Shown: positions 63,517-64,000 of the stretch, piece by piece
Layout: each line of letters begins with the position of its first letter
How positions within the stretch are numbered: the stretch's first letter is position 1
From: Marsupella aquatica
Taxonomy: Eukaryota; Plantae; Marchantiophyta
DNA: 64,000 nucleotides
Assembly (NCBI GenBank): GCA_973895155.1
Contig: OZ316892.1
Coordinates: 29,704,932 to 29,768,931, forward strand
Direction: 5' to 3'
Position numbers and translations under genes: made by a program
The notes under the pieces: model-generated
Told to the model about the DNA's origin: nothing
Databases searched by the model: none
What the model saw: only the letters and a program-made list of their open reading frames with translations

Positions 63517-64000
63517 CACAACAGCGGTAGGCTGCTTTGCTTACGATAGCTGCCAAGGATCTCTGGGGCATTACCTAAATTTTCTTTCGGTTCCCAAGTA
63601 CTCTCGGCCTGATCATATCCGTGAACCATTTCACCAAATACTCCAAGATTTGTCTCCCTAGCTTGCGTTTGTAACAGTGGTCCAGAATTGCCTCCACCTC
63701 AAACTCCTCAGTGTCCTCCACTAGCATGGCGTCTGGACGCAAGACTTGATCCTTGTTGGGGTCGTCATCTGGCTAACATGGTAGCTTTAATTTGCCTACG
63801 CCCATTTTCTTGGGTGTCTCCAACACCACCGAAATTGGATTATCCTTGTGGGCCCATCGTATTATGCGATAAGGCCTCGCATATCTTGGAGCCAACTTCC
63901 TACTTATGTTCCCGTGGTATTGCTCAGGTCTCAACTGTAACCAGATGCTCTCCCCAATTTCAAAGCTTGTAACCTGGCGTCGATGTTTATCCCCTTGTTC
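63517..64000 (-). pseudogene. Ty3/Gypsy chromovirus integrase C-terminus plus chromodomain
   Basis: DKHRRQVTSFEIGESIWL...RKLAPRYARPYRII (GPY/F region); EEFEVEAILDH...EYLVKW/GYDQAESTWEPKENL (chromodomain); stop and frameshift present. Confidence 0.9.

Larger units (their letters stand above)
58431..64000 (-). mobile_element. CACTA (En/Spm) transposon, one end visible
   Basis: Starts CACTAATAGAAAA exactly where similarity to the paralog (gggttgggggtt|gatttcc at 29931) breaks off; subterminal repeats gtcattttggacttgtccaaa (58729, 58826) and ccgaaatgac; TnpA-like exons. Confidence 0.85.

Overview
Eukaryotic, intron-containing plant DNA, most likely from a non-seed land plant (inference from gene and TE content). 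(1) 1 to ~17830 is one large, decayed DNA-transposon-like element whose left end lies outside the window. Its plus strand holds a broken DUF7869/Sola-like DDD transposase with N-terminal Tnp1/En-Spm-like domains (13626-17015). Its minus strand holds a tightly packed cargo unit: three F-box-like ORFs, then one long spliced gene that reads as ParB/Srx-like domain + beta-class DNA amino-methyltransferase-like domain + acidic/coiled-coil linker + Ulp1 (C48) protease. More than 20 copies of a CpG-rich 18-bp palindrome (ACGCG-N6-CGCGT) lie in its introns, spacers and tandem arrays. This combination is the most novel signal in the window and may be a TE-encoded epigenetic or anti-silencing system (inference). 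(2) ~17840-58430 is a tandemly duplicated host module: decayed LRR/malectin-like ectodomain, relatively intact pseudokinase, U-box/TM gene, and an unidentified remnant. There are three full and two partial copies around one intact renalase-like FAD oxidoreductase gene. (3) 58431-64000 is a CACTA element carrying a nested MITE and a nested chromovirus (Ty3/Gypsy) LTR retrotransposon. All domain calls come from reading motifs by eye; no database searches were run.
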